The position numbers were made by a program, and so were the translations under genes. From positions 1 to 32,384 of the IMG/VR virus record IMGVR_UViG_3300005805_000279: a DNA stretch of 32,384 nucleotides; one strand, 5' to 3'. Shown piece by piece: positions 32,339-32,384 of the stretch (positions within the stretch are counted from its first letter, which is position 1; each line of letters opens with the position of its first letter). Below the pieces are notes generated by a model. That model had not been told where the DNA came from and did no database searches. It saw only the letters and a list, made by a program, of their open reading frames with translations. The DNA comes from a virus (Duplodnaviria; Caudoviricetes).

Positions 32339-32384
32339 TGTTGCTCCCTTTGTCTAATAGAAATGGATCATAAAACCACTGGAG
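32286..32384. repeat. Terminal direct repeat, copy 2 (circular assembly overlap)
   Basis: Exact copy of 1-99; 99 is a common assembler k-mer length. Confidence 0.95.

Noticed and set aside
32286-32384. 99-bp terminal repeat as a biological DTR or att site
   Set aside because: Exact k-mer-like length and it cuts through coding sequence; best explained as assembler overlap of a circular or permuted genome.
1-32384. Stop-codon reassignment
   Set aside because: Standard code gives long, tightly packed ORFs, and TAG is used as a genuine stop (e.g. major capsid).

Overview
The window is an apparently complete, circularly assembled tailed-phage genome of about 32,285 bp (bases 1-99 are repeated exactly at 32286-32384). 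Almost all genes lie on the minus strand in a podovirus-like (P22/T7-style) order: terS, a promoter-dense cassette of four small unknown genes, terL, portal, degenerate HNH, scaffold, major capsid, decoration/Ig proteins, adaptor, two fibre proteins, nozzle, three large ejection proteins and a small membrane protein. A short plus-strand operon encodes a stand-alone HTH and a beta-class DNA methyltransferase. I recognise no DNA polymerase, helicase, primase, integrase, CI-like repressor, sigma factor, head protease or endolysin. The most unusual signals are: (1) four hairpins in the 1.1-kb control region whose loops carry the complementary hexamers CCACCA/TGGTGG, including a perfect three-way-junction dumbbell; (2) a CTAnTTA motif at about 12 intergenic or gene-boundary sites, suggesting a phage-type promoter with no cognate factor encoded; (3) covarying loop-E-type hairpins and promoter/stem-loop repeats flanking early genes; (4) repeated xxxGG motifs that delimit small basic modules in three putative virion proteins; and (5) apparent avoidance of about 8 palindromic tetramers. 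All calls come from reading the sequence by eye, with no database searches.
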